A stretch of DNA of 64,000 nucleotides from a virus (IMGVR_UViG_3300029705_000040:38209-102208), one strand, 5' to 3'; counted from the first letter of the stretch, positions 9,357 through 18,064 are shown. Notes: a model not told the origin generated them from the sequence alone. Numbers and translations are program-made.

Positions 9357-9431
9357 GCAGGATTAGCGTAGCGGATACGCAACCGCCTTCTAAGCGGTTA
9401 CAGATAGGTTCGACTCCTATATCCTGTACCA
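9357..9431 (+). tRNA. tRNA-Arg (TCT)
   Basis: Acceptor GCAGGAT/ATCCTGT-A-CCA, D GCGT/ACGC, anticodon ACCGC-CTTCTAA-GCGGT. Confidence 0.85.
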
Positions 9432-9481
9432 CTTTTTATTCAAAACTTTCTAAATAGAAGGAAAATCTTATAGGAAAATAG

Positions 9482-9510
9482 TTGATTTATTATATAAGAA
9501 AATATATAAT
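9482..9510 (+). promoter_or_regulatory. sigma70-like promoter TTGATT-N17-TATAAT (copy 4)
   Basis: TTGATT 9482-9487, TATAAT 9505-9510. Confidence 0.55.
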
Positions 9511-9542
9511 AATAATATAAAATATCTGATGAGGTTAAAGTT

Positions 9543-9812
9543 ATGAATAAAGAACATAACTGGATGAAATTTACTCTCAAAACTATTTATAATGAAGAAA
9601 TTGTTGTTATGTATGATAGCAACAGATATCCTTCTGATAAAGAAGATGAATTAAGAAAAGCGATAGATTTGGCCGATGTCTATAGAAATTCTTATTATAA
9701 TGATAGTGGAGTTATTGTTATGGATAAGAAAACAGCTGATTTTTGGTTTGGTGTCGTAGAAGAAGTTAAATGTAAAGCATTAGAGAAATATAGAAATGAA
9801 AGTATTTCCTAA
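9543..9812 (+). CDS. Hypothetical protein, 89 aa
   Basis: ORF with GAGG RBS. Confidence 0.55.
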   Translation: MNKEHNWMKFTLKTIYNEEIVVMYDSNRYPSDKEDELRKAIDLADVYRNSYYNDSGVIVMDKKTADFWFGVVEEVKCKALEKYRNESIS

Positions 9813-10056
9813 CTATGATCTATTATATGATGGTTCTATATGGAACTTAAATGATATTATCTATATGAAAATTCTTTCTTGTAGTAAACCAGGATATAAG
9901 TTTGAATTAGAATTTAGAATAAAAGAATTAGATACTTTGCTTTACTTTAATCATGTAGATAATGAATGGGATTACAAAATAGTTCAATATGAATTCATTG
10001 ATTTCTTAGCTAAATTTGTTAATCATTTATGTAAAGATTTAATCAATTTGAAATAA
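9796..10056 (+). CDS. Hypothetical protein, 86 aa
   Basis: ORF overlapping the previous stop. Confidence 0.5.
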   Translation: MKVFPNYDLLYDGSIWNLNDIIYMKILSCSKPGYKFELEFRIKELDTLLYFNHVDNEWDYKIVQYEFIDFLAKFVNHLCKDLINLK

Positions 10057-10161
10057 GTAAGACTATTCACTTAAGTAGAGAGGAAAATCTCACTTAGAAA
10101 TATAGATTTTGATATTATCAGTAAAGGTAATACCAGATAGGTGAAAAGCCTATCAAAACAT

Positions 10162-10237
10162 GCGCCTGTAGCTCAGGTGGTAGAGCACGTGACTTTTAAT
10201 CACGGTGTCCCGAGTTCGAGCCTCGGCAGGCGCACCA
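10162..10237 (+). tRNA. tRNA-Lys (TTT)
   Basis: Acceptor GCGCCTG/CAGGCGC-A-CCA, D GCTC/GAGC, anticodon CGTGA-CTTTTAA-TCACG. Confidence 0.9.
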
Positions 10238-10255
10238 AAATCACAGAGGTGTGTT

Positions 10256-10441
10256 ATGAGTAAAATTATGGAAGAACTTAATAGAATTTCTTTATTAGAA
10301 TCTATGTGTAAAAATCCTGTTACTGTAGATGCTATTAATAACTCTTATAAAGAAGATGCTGATGATAGTTTCGGTATTTTCGATACACCTGAAGAAGCTT
10401 TTGCAGCTATGGAAGAGAGTTGGAAAAATGAAAAAAATTGA
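10256..10441 (+). CDS. Small acidic protein; candidate antitoxin of the downstream RelE/YafQ-like toxin
   Basis: 61-aa ORF starting after the tRNA (track ORF trimmed); overlaps the toxin start by 14 nt. Confidence 0.4.
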   Translation: MSKIMEELNRISLLESMCKNPVTVDAINNSYKEDADDSFGIFDTPEEAFAAMEESWKNEKN

Positions 10442-10727
10442 GCTTAAAAAGTAGTTTACCAAAGATTTTGAAAAGTTATCAAAAACTGGTAAAATCGATA
10501 AGAAAAGTTTTTCTAATATAATTAATGATATAGCTGCTGGAAAACCTCTTGATCAAAAATATAGAGATCACGCTTTAGCTAAGCACTCTCCAAAAGAACT
10601 ATAGGGCTGTAGAGACTTCCATTATAAAAGCAATATATGTGTTGTTTATAAAGTTTTAGATGATTTAATTCAGCTTATAAGGATTGGAAGTCATCAAGAT
10701 CTAGGATTAACTGAGGATTTAAGATGA
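10428..10727 (+). CDS. RelE/YafQ-family type II toxin, 99 codons including 2 in-frame TAG
   Basis: Verified frame ATG 10428 to TGA 10725. Only internal stops are TAG at 10452 and 10602. Motifs ...KDFEKLSK..., DHALAKH, CRDFH, VVYKV..LIRIGSHQDL match YafQ/RelE. The first TAG aligns with Q of E. coli YafQ SGQYSKDV. Confidence 0.6.
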
Positions 10728-11383
10728 CCGATTTAGAAATATTTATACAAAACAATCAAGAATTAATCGATCTAAATACTAAAGAAAGCTGGATAGAAAT
10801 TTATGATTTGTTTGAAAGCTCTTATTATGATGATTATCTAGCTGGAGAATTAAGCAAATTATTAATTGATATTAATGCAGATCCATGTCATATAATCGGT
10901 TTTGTTCCTAGAAGATTTTTAATGGGTCAAAGCGATTTAACTAAATATGAAATACCTAAAAATGCATCTTATATAGGAATGAGTGCTTTCGAAGATACAG
11001 CTTTAGAAGAAGTATATATACCAGAAAGTGTTAGAGAGCTAGATTTCTTATGTTTTTCAGGAACTAAATTAAAAAAAGTATTTATACCGGATACTGTGCA
11101 TAGAATAGCAAATGGGGTATTTCATTCTTGCTTAAATCTAGAAGAAGTATTGATTGGTAAAGTATCGGAATTGGGCGAAGATGTTTTTGCTAATTGTGAG
11201 AATTTAACAAAATTAATTATTTGCGATAGTGTATCTCAACTTGATTCTAGCATTGTTAAAGGTTGTAAATCACTAAAAGAAATCGATTTTTTAGGAACGA
11301 TCGAAACATTTGAAAAGATTCGAGTAGGTTATACAGAATCATCTATAAAAATAAAATGCATAGATGGTGAAATTTCTTGGTAA
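10724..11383 (+). CDS. BspA-type leucine-rich repeat (LRR_5-like) protein
   Basis: Repeats of the form IP.SV..I...F..C..L..V.I across 219 aa; ATGA overlap with the toxin stop. Confidence 0.65.
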   Translation: MTDLEIFIQNNQELIDLNTKESWIEIYDLFESSYYDDYLAGELSKLLIDINADPCHIIGFVPRRFLMGQSDLTKYEIPKNASYIGMSAFEDTALEEVYIPESVRELDFLCFSGTKLKKVFIPDTVHRIANGVFHSCLNLEEVLIGKVSELGEDVFANCENLTKLIICDSVSQLDSSIVKGCKSLKEIDFLGTIETFEKIRVGYTESSIKIKCIDGEISW

Positions 11384-11480
11384 AATAATTAAAAATTAAG
11401 AAATTAGTCCTGTATAAATAATTGTTAAAAGAAAAACATTTAATTTAAGAAATTTTTACGCTAAATTAAATGTTATAAAT

Positions 11481-11565
11481 GCTGGTGTTCCCGTAGTGGC
11501 CAACCGGAACGGATTTGTAATCCGTCGCGAAAGCTTCGTGAGTTCGAATCTCACCACCAGCTCCA
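11481..11565 (+). tRNA. tRNA with anticodon TGT (Thr ACA?) but an 85-nt type II-like architecture
   Basis: Acceptor GCTGGTG/CACCAGC-T-CCA, anticodon ACGGA-TTTGTAA-TCCGT, extra hairpin CGAA-AGC-TTCG in the variable region. Confidence 0.5.
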
Positions 11566-11645
11566 GACGTCGAAATCAAAAGTAGACAAACAGATACGTT
11601 ATCTCAGAAATAATCTGTATAAACTATAAGAGATAACATAAAAAT

Positions 11646-11719
11646 GCCTCGATGGCTCAGCGGTAGAGCAGTCGCCTAGTAAGCGACAGGTCGTCGGTTC
11701 AAATCCGACTCGAGGCTCC
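11646..11719 (+). tRNA. tRNA with anticodon AGT (A34; Thr ACN reader?)
   Basis: Acceptor GCCTCGA/TCGAGGC-T-CCA, D GCTC/GAGC, anticodon GTCGC-CTAGTAA-GCGAC. Confidence 0.6.
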
Positions 11720-11727
11720 ACAATATA

Positions 11728-11804
11728 TTGGGGATTCGCCAAGCGGTAAGGCACGGGATTTTGATTCCCGCATTTCGGGTGTTCGAATCACTCATCCCCA
11801 GCCA
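11728..11804 (+). tRNA. tRNA-Gln (TTG)
   Basis: Acceptor TGGGGAT/ATCCCCA-G-CCA (U1-A72 as in bacterial Gln), anticodon CGGGA-TTTTGAT-TCCCG. Confidence 0.8.
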
Positions 11805-12101
11805 CCAGTGTATATATTTTTCATGAAATAAGTCTTATATATACATATATGGATAGAGACTTTGTCGGAGATATTACAACGGGTATACCCATAAGGGTGA
11901 GAGCATAAGAGTTAAACCGGCTTATTGCGAACCAGTGAACTTACGGACACAGAACGGTAACTGTAGGGAACGTAGGTAGACAACGAGTTCACTCCCTAAA
12001 GAACTAATGACCGATGCTTAGTATAATTAGTAGTACTTTCCCTTTCCTGGGAGAAACATCAGTGCAATTCTGGTAGTATCGACTTAATTAAGGAAAAACA
12101 A

Positions 12102-12290
12102 ATGATTTCACTTATTCTATTATTTCTTGAACTGATATATTTATATGTATATTATATCGTAAAAAGTAAAAGTATAGAGAAGTCACTAATGTATATAGAT
12201 AATTATATTATAAATGGTAGAAAACTTCTCACTAATACTGGTTTAGAAATTATTAGAAGTAGAGTAAATTCTAAAAGAAGTAAATTTTAA
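12102..12290 (+). CDS. Small hydrophobic protein, 62 aa
   Basis: ORF with AGGAAAAA RBS. Confidence 0.4.
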   Translation: MISLILLFLELIYLYVYYIVKSKSIEKSLMYIDNYIINGRKLLTNTGLEIIRSRVNSKRSKF

Positions 12291-12300
12291 TGAGGTGTTT

Positions 12301-12669
12301 ATGTATTCGCATCTAAATGAGCAATTATTGCTAGAGATGGCTGAAATTGGTCGTATTGATGGATATAAGATACTAATTTATGGCAGTGAAGGACCTACAC
12401 AACATTTTCATGTAGAAAATAAAGAAAAGAAAATATCAAGTTGTGTAAAAATTTGTGAAGATGGTTATTTTAGTCATGGAACACATAAAGATACTTTAGA
12501 TAATAAATTAGTTAAAAAATTAAAAGAATTTCTTAATGCTCCTCATAAATTTTTTGGAAAACATGGTTATACTAATTGGCAAATAATTTGTATTTATTGG
12601 AATGATAATAACCCAGATTATTTAATTGATTTAGATACAGTTAAGATGCCTTTGTATAATAATTTATAA
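12301..12669 (+). CDS. Hypothetical protein, 122 aa
   Basis: ORF; GAGG at 12292-12295 precedes ATG 12301. Confidence 0.55.
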   Translation: MYSHLNEQLLLEMAEIGRIDGYKILIYGSEGPTQHFHVENKEKKISSCVKICEDGYFSHGTHKDTLDNKLVKKLKEFLNAPHKFFGKHGYTNWQIICIYWNDNNPDYLIDLDTVKMPLYNNL

Positions 12670-12747
12670 TTTTGAAATATTGCTCTGCTGGCTGTTTTTA
12701 GTATCAATTGATTCAGGACTAAAACTGCAACTGGAGCCTTATATTAT

Positions 12748-12822
12748 GGTGGGTTCGTATATCGGTTAGTACACAGCACTGTCACTGCTGAAGGACGGGT
12801 TCAACTCCCGTACCTACCGCCA
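12748..12822 (+). tRNA. tRNA-Asp (GTC)
   Basis: Acceptor GGTGGGT/ACCTACC-G-CCA, anticodon CAGCA-CTGTCAC-TGCTG. Confidence 0.8.
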
Positions 12823-13187
12823 TAAAACAACAGTAAGTCCAATACTTAGTAGGCTACGTAGTACTTTGATTGGCTAGTTGTTAAGTATTCGTAGTTCGTC
12901 GAAATAAAACAAACGAATTAACCGTAAGTAACGGCGAGCGAAAACGGTTAGCCAGTAGTAAGGACAATCTTGCGAAGGCACAACTGATACATATGACAGC
13001 TTCATATGTCGTAGCATAGAAAAAGTGCTCATGATGTTTTACGTAAAGTTACATCCACTGAATTCGCTCATCTAATGAGCAGCTAGTAACACTTACTTTT
13101 GATAACAGAGAACAAATAGATATTGAAACCCAGTGTTACAAATTACTTTATAAACAGCTATTGAAACTTACTTTTATCAAATTATTC

Positions 13188-13272
13188 TGCAGGGTAGCTC
13201 AGTAATCGTTAAAGAGCGCTAATCTTTGCTAAGATTAGAGGTCGTTGGTATGAAATCCATCCCCCGCCGCCA
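13188..13272 (+). other. Aberrant tRNA-Ala(TGC)-derived element with an 8-nt anticodon loop
   Basis: D-arm TAGCTCAG...GAGCG and variable AGGTC match E. coli tRNA-Ala. Anticodon stem CTAATC/GATTAG has loop TTTGCTAA (8 nt). T-loop TATGAAAT (8 nt). Acceptor TGCAGGG/CCCCGCC has 2 mismatches. G-CCA encoded. Confidence 0.4.
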
Positions 13273-13404
13273 TTTAACAGTTTCAAAATTCTGTATTAAG
13301 AATAGAGCTATTATTACTTACTTTTTGAAATGGTTATTATAGGTTCGATTCCTATACTGAGCCTTAGGCTTAGTTGTTAGTAATATAACTTATCTATTCT
13401 ATAT

Positions 13405-13481
13405 AGCTGGGTAGAGCAGTCAGGTAGCTCGCTAGGCTCATAACCTAGAGGTCCAGGGTTCGAATCCCTGCCAAGCAACCA
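13405..13481 (+). tRNA. tRNA-Met or Ile2 (CAT), with A1:A72 mismatch (initiator-like feature)
   Basis: D GAGC/GCTC, anticodon CTAGG-CTCATAA-CCTAG, T CAGGG-TTCGAAT-CCCTG, CCA. Confidence 0.65.
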
Positions 13482-13531
13482 CTCTGCGTTTTTGGCTAGT
13501 CTTCGCGAAGAAAAATAAACTAGCATAATAT

Positions 13532-13608
13532 TGGGGCGTAGCGCAGTTTGGTAGCGCGCCTGATTTGGGATCAGGAAGTCGTGGGTTCAAGTCCCGTCGC
13601 CCCAACCA
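13532..13608 (+). tRNA. tRNA-Pro (TGG)
   Basis: Acceptor TGGGGCG/CGCCCCA-A-CCA, D GCGC/GCGC, anticodon CCTGA-TTTGGGA-TCAGG (G37). Confidence 0.85.
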
Positions 13609-13856
13609 CACCAATTAACAATTATAAAACATATTTTGTACTTGTTAATTTGAGATGTACCTATAATAGGGTCGCTACTGTTGCAGCAGTAGGAAAACAA
13701 CATAAAGCGTAGTATTAAAAGAACGATTAATTAAAATAGATGCACACGGTAGCGCGCCAAAAGGCTCAGTTATAATGGTATTGAGAGACGTGGGTTTCAC
13801 TTGGAGAATCGGGAGGGTGAACGCTTTATTTTATATATTTTTAGTTGAATAATGAA

Positions 13857-13986
13857 GGTGCCACGAAGGATCTAATACCGTAACCAGTCGGTTCCTCATG
13901 TCCATATAACGCCTTTAAACTAAGGGGGTTGGAAACAGGGTTGGATTGTAAAAATAGCTGTGGTAAATGGAATGTGATGAACAGCC
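13857..13986 (+). repeat. Structured non-coding element, copy 1 (GGTGCCACGAAG...AGCTGTGGTAAATGGA..GATGAACAGCC)
   Basis: Shares its 5' 12-mer and a ~45-nt 3' block with 14296-14381. Confidence 0.5.
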
Positions 13987-14295
13987 TTTAATTATAAATA
14001 AAATAGCTGATGTACTAGTGTACAAACAGTTTCTCAGGTCGATTCGGAATCGGCTTGTGCATAAACAATTCTCTTAGGCTTACTATTGTTCGGAACTTTA
14101 GTAGCACACTTAAGAGCTTAGAGAAGTCATTGTTTGTAAGTGGAAAGATAATACGCACGTATTAAATCAAGACTCATTTTCAATAAAAGAAACTTACCAC
14201 ACCACTAACTTATTTTTAATTACCGCGGGAATCATTATTAAGTTGAGTGGAAATTTGAATTTAAGCATTTCAACAATTCAATAATCCCTATAGAC

Positions 14296-14381
14296 GGTGC
14301 CACGAAGCCGGCTGACAAGCCGAGGGGTCGCGTTGGATCTGTATAACAGCAGCTGTGGTAAATGGAGCGAAATGAACAGCC
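14296..14381 (+). repeat. Structured non-coding element, copy 2
   Basis: GGTGCCACGAAG...GTTGGATCTGTATAACAGCAGCTGTGGTAAATGGAGCGAAATGAACAGCC. Confidence 0.5.
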
Positions 14382-14716
14382 GTTAATATATTTTTTATAA
14401 GGGAGACTATTGAGATGTTTGGAATGGATCAATGGAATTTTCTTGCATATGCTTTATTAATTAATTATATGGAAGAAAATAAAAAGCTATTTGGAAGGAT
14501 TTGAGCAACTATCTTTCCAAAATATGGGCCGTTATATCATGTTAGCAGATTACCTGATTTGCACTCAGGAGGCGACCGGGGCAGCACCGGTACGGTCCAC
14601 CAGAACTAAATATAAGGTAGCAAAAGAAGTCATGAGCTTTTGAGATAACAATACTACTATTATTGAGCTTAAATTTAGTATATCGCAAATATTTTTCATA
14701 GTAGGAGAAATTATAA

Positions 14717-15643
14717 ATGCAAAGTTTTCAATGTATATGTGGAAAAATTTTTTCATCTAAACATGCTTTAAGCGGGCATCACAGTCATTGCGTAGAATAT
14801 TTAACTAATATTGGAAGATTACACATACGGCAATAGGTGGATGCTACAAATGGAGCTAAAAGTGGTGCTACACTAAAAGCAAAAAGCATAGAAAGAAAAG
14901 CGGCTAATATGCTAGCTTGGGTATAGCAGTAGAATACATGTGAAAAATGTGGTAAGATTATGCTTGAGAAATTTGGATCTGGTAGATTTTGCTCCAGAGC
15001 ATGTGCTAATAGTCATGTGAAACATGGAAAATATACAAACGAAAACGTAAAAAATAGAAAAACAAAGTCAAATAAAAAATCACACAATCAACTACTTAAA
15101 GAGTATATTTTAAGTCCACCGAAATGTTTGATTTGTGGTAAAACTCTTGCATATGAGAAACGTGCTAGAAAAACATGTTCAAAAAATTGTTGTAGTAAAT
15201 ACCTCTCGAAGTAGAAAAAAGATCTAGTTGAAAAAGTTGGCGGTAACTTAAATCAATATGGTACGCGAGGTCACGCTAGATATGGTACATATAAGGGGTT
15301 TCACTGCGATTCTTCTTATGAGCTCGCGTTCGTAATATATTGTCTAGATCATAATATTATATTTTAGAGAAACCATAAGGGATTTTCTTATAATTTTCAA
15401 AATAAAAATTATAAATATTATCCAGACTTTATTATAAATGATAAATACATAGAAATAAAAAATTACAAAAGCGATCGCGTTATTGCTAAGACTAATTAGT
15501 TTCCAATAGATAAGATTTTAGTAATTCTTTATTTATCTGATATAAAAATCTGTATAGATTATTGTATAAAGGTTTATGGTAAAAATTTTACTGAACTCTA
15601 TGATAAAGATAAACCATCATGGATGGATAAGAAAAATAGTTGA
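14717..15643 (+). CDS. PD-(D/E)XK/C2H2 freestanding nuclease, paralog 2; contains 6 in-frame TAG codons
   Basis: Verified frame ATG 14717 to TGA 15641. Only internal stops are TAG at 14834, 14924, 14930, 15212, 15365 and 15497. The C-terminus FHCDSSYELAFVIYCLDHNIIF*RN...YYPDFII...EIKNY...PSWMDK aligns with 1533-2306, and the TAG sits at the same column. Confidence 0.6.
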
Positions 15644-15681
15644 TGCAGATGCCGCGTGTTCGACTCACGTCAGCTCCACCA
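15640..15681 (+). other. tRNA 3'-half-like fragment overlapping the nuclease stop
   Basis: GCGTG-TTCGACT-CACGT + CAGCTCC-A-CCA; no matching 5' half found in the window. Confidence 0.3.
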
Positions 15682-15782
15682 TTAAATCGAATACAGGTAC
15701 TTGCGAGATGTTATACTGTTGTAAGCAGTGTTTAATAACAGTGTTAACAACAATATAACATTTTCCTGTATATTTAATAAAT

Positions 15783-15858
15783 GTGGGTGTAACTCAATTG
15801 GTAGAGTGCTAGCTTGCCAAGCTGGATGTTGCGGGTTCGAACCCCGTCACTCACTCCA
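15783..15858 (+). tRNA. tRNA-Gly (GCC)
   Basis: Acceptor GTGGGTG/CACTCAC-T-CCA, D ACTC/GAGT, anticodon CTAGC-TTGCCAA-GCTGG. Confidence 0.8.
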
Positions 15859-15983
15859 GGCCATATGTGCAAATGATTAGAAATAACCAGTGATGGCTCC
15901 AGAGATGTTTTATGGTTGAACTCATATAATAAAAACCATTATCGCCTTTATAAGTAATGCACATTGCGAAAATGAGGCTACTG

Positions 15984-16059
15984 CGAGAGTTATATCAATT
16001 GGGAGATAAGCTGCCTTACAAGCAGAAGGTTACAGGTTCAAGTCCTGTACTCTCGACCA
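15984..16059 (+). tRNA. tRNA-Val (TAC)
   Basis: Acceptor CGAGAGT/ACTCTCG-A-CCA, D TATC/GATA, anticodon loop CTTACAA. Confidence 0.8.
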
Positions 16060-16410
16060 TTAGGAAAACTACAACGGGATAGGAGACCCCCGCTACAGAG
16101 ATAACCAATGCATTCGTTGAAAAATACGTGTCATCTAGAGTTGAGTTGGTGAGTGGGAGGGCACAGAGCTAAACGATAATATGTTAAAGTAAACTGTTGA
16201 TACTTATTATTTTATGCTCCGAGACAGTGTGGTCGCAAGACGTGACATCTTAAGTGCAGAGGTATGTGGATGTTGTAGCAGATTAGGGTTTAGATGCATC
16301 CGAGAATTGGGTTTGCCCTAATCAAGTATGGGGTTGCTGGTGTAACGTTAGCACGACAGATTGTGGCTCTGTAAGACTAAGTTAGATTCTTAGGCTTCCC
16401 ACCATTAAAT

Positions 16411-16497
<87 letters not shown>

Positions 16498-16597
16498 AGA
16501 TTGTTTAGTTTCTGTGTTATACTTTTTATCAAACTTATACATAATATATATGTAGAAGATAATTCTTCTAAAATATTTTAAGTGAGGTATAAGAAAC

Positions 16598-16969
16598 ATG
16601 GACAACAAAAAAGAAACTCAAACTCAAGAAACATCATTTAGAGGAATTCCCATTCCTGAAATTGAAAAGAAGCATGATTATAAAGTAGCTGATTCTCAGA
16701 AAGTTATCGATAAGATAATGGCTATGTCTCCAGAAGAACAGAAAACAGTTACTCTTGAAAGCATCCATTACGAAGATAAAGAAATTAGCGAAGTAAAGCT
16801 CTCTACTGGTGATATTATTCCTGTAGAAGCTGCTATTGCACTTGCTGAAAGTAAATTATTAAATGGATTTAGAGCTGGTAGAAATGCTAGAGGCGACCGC
16901 ACTTTAAGAGCTACCCCTAATTATGCTGGTAAGGAAAAGAATTCTATCCACAAATTACCTGTATTCTGA
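16598..16969 (+). CDS. Hypothetical protein, 123 aa
   Basis: ORF with GAGG RBS; TGA stop. Confidence 0.65.
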   Translation: MDNKKETQTQETSFRGIPIPEIEKKHDYKVADSQKVIDKIMAMSPEEQKTVTLESIHYEDKEISEVKLSTGDIIPVEAAIALAESKLLNGFRAGRNARGDRTLRATPNYAGKEKNSIHKLPVF

Positions 16970-17012
16970 GATGAAAGGCTAGAGGAATATAATTTCTCTA
17001 GTTTACATATAA

Positions 17013-17089
17013 GCCTTCGTGGCTCAACTGGTTAGAGCGACCGGTTCATACCCGGTAGATTGGGAGTTCAAGTCTCTCCGAAGGCACCA
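17013..17089 (+). tRNA. tRNA-Met (CAT), elongator-like
   Basis: Acceptor GCCTTCG/CGAAGGC-A-CCA, anticodon ACCGG-TTCATAC-CCGGT. Confidence 0.8.
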
Positions 17090-17165
17090 GCAGGTATAGT
17101 GTAACGGATTAGCACATCAGACTACGGATCTGATAATATGGGTTCGAATCCTATTACCTGTACCA
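17090..17165 (+). tRNA. Second tRNA-Arg-like (ACG; loop CTACGGA)
   Basis: Acceptor GCAGGTA/TACCTGT-A-CCA, anticodon TCAGA-CTACGGA-TCTGA; directly abuts the previous tRNA. Confidence 0.6.
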
Positions 17166-17191
17166 GAAAAACTTTTCGGAGGAATACATAT

Positions 17192-17425
17192 ATGAGTAAA
17201 AGAGTTGATAATTTAGTAGATATGCTTGATGGGTATGTATCAGATGGTGGTCATCACTTAAATGTTAACTGTTTTGATCGTGAAACGTTACTAGATGCTC
17301 AGGCTCACCCTGAGAAATATCCCCAACTTACAATACGAGTATCGGGTTACGCAGTAAATTTTAATAAACTAACTCGCGAACAACAGGATGATGTAATCAG
17401 CAGAACAATACACACAAATATGTAA
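17192..17425 (+). CDS. grcA: Autonomous glycyl-radical cofactor (GrcA/YfiD-like spare part)
   Basis: [54 protein letters not shown] matches the C-terminal glycyl-radical domain of E. coli GrcA/PflB (RVSGY). GGAGG RBS. Track ORF trimmed out of the tRNA. Confidence 0.85.
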   Translation: MSKRVDNLVDMLDGYVSDGGHHLNVNCFDRETLLDAQAHPEKYPQLTIRVSGYAVNFNKLTREQQDDVISRTIHTNM

Positions 17426-17451
17426 CAATTTTATAACGGAGGTACTAAGCA

Positions 17452-17661
17452 ATGTTAGTTGATCTTAGTAATGTATCTAAGGTTAAAGATTTTGTTAAAG
17501 TATCGCAGGACTGTAAAGAAGAAATTCTTATTAAATCTGGAAAATACATAGTTGATGGTAAATCAATTTTGGGGATTTTTTCTTTAGACTTGAGCAAACC
17601 TGTAGAACTTGAACTTGACGAATCTATTAAACCTCGCTTCGCTGAATTCGAAGCTAAATAA
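17452..17661 (+). CDS. Hypothetical protein, 69 aa
   Basis: ORF with GGAGG RBS. Confidence 0.55.
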   Translation: MLVDLSNVSKVKDFVKVSQDCKEEILIKSGKYIVDGKSILGIFSLDLSKPVELELDESIKPRFAEFEAK

Positions 17662-17734
17662 TATTTGCTCACAAAAATACCTCTTTCTTTTTAAGACTAT
17701 CTGGATTTATTTTCAGATGGTCTTTTATTTTTAG

Positions 17735-17763
17735 TTGATTTTTTATGTATTTTATTATATAAT
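17735..17763 (+). promoter_or_regulatory. sigma70-like promoter TTGATT-N17-TATAAT (copy 5)
   Basis: TTGATT 17735-17740, TATAAT 17758-17763. Confidence 0.55.
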
Positions 17764-17797
17764 ATATTTAACAAAAATATATTGGAGGTTAACTAAC

Positions 17798-18064
17798 ATG
17801 CCTGTAAAAGAAAATGAAAAGATTATTATTGAATTTAAATATGATGATAAGGATTACGTTTTAGAAACATGGCGAATCTATGATAGTGAGGGTGGTTATA
17901 TTTGTAACTGCGATTTTACGGGTACTAAATATTATGGCGATAGAGATCTTATGGAATTCGCTGCTAAAATGTGCTTAAGAAGCTATTTTATTGGAAAATT
18001 TGTTGGTGAGCAGGAAGGTAGATCTGATGTGCAAGAAGAATTTAAACGTGCTTTAGGATTATGA
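17798..18064 (+). CDS. Hypothetical protein, 88 aa
   Basis: GGAGG 17784 precedes ATG 17798. Confidence 0.6.
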   Translation: MPVKENEKIIIEFKYDDKDYVLETWRIYDSEGGYICNCDFTGTKYYGDRDLMEFAAKMCLRSYFIGKFVGEQEGRSDVQEEFKRALGL

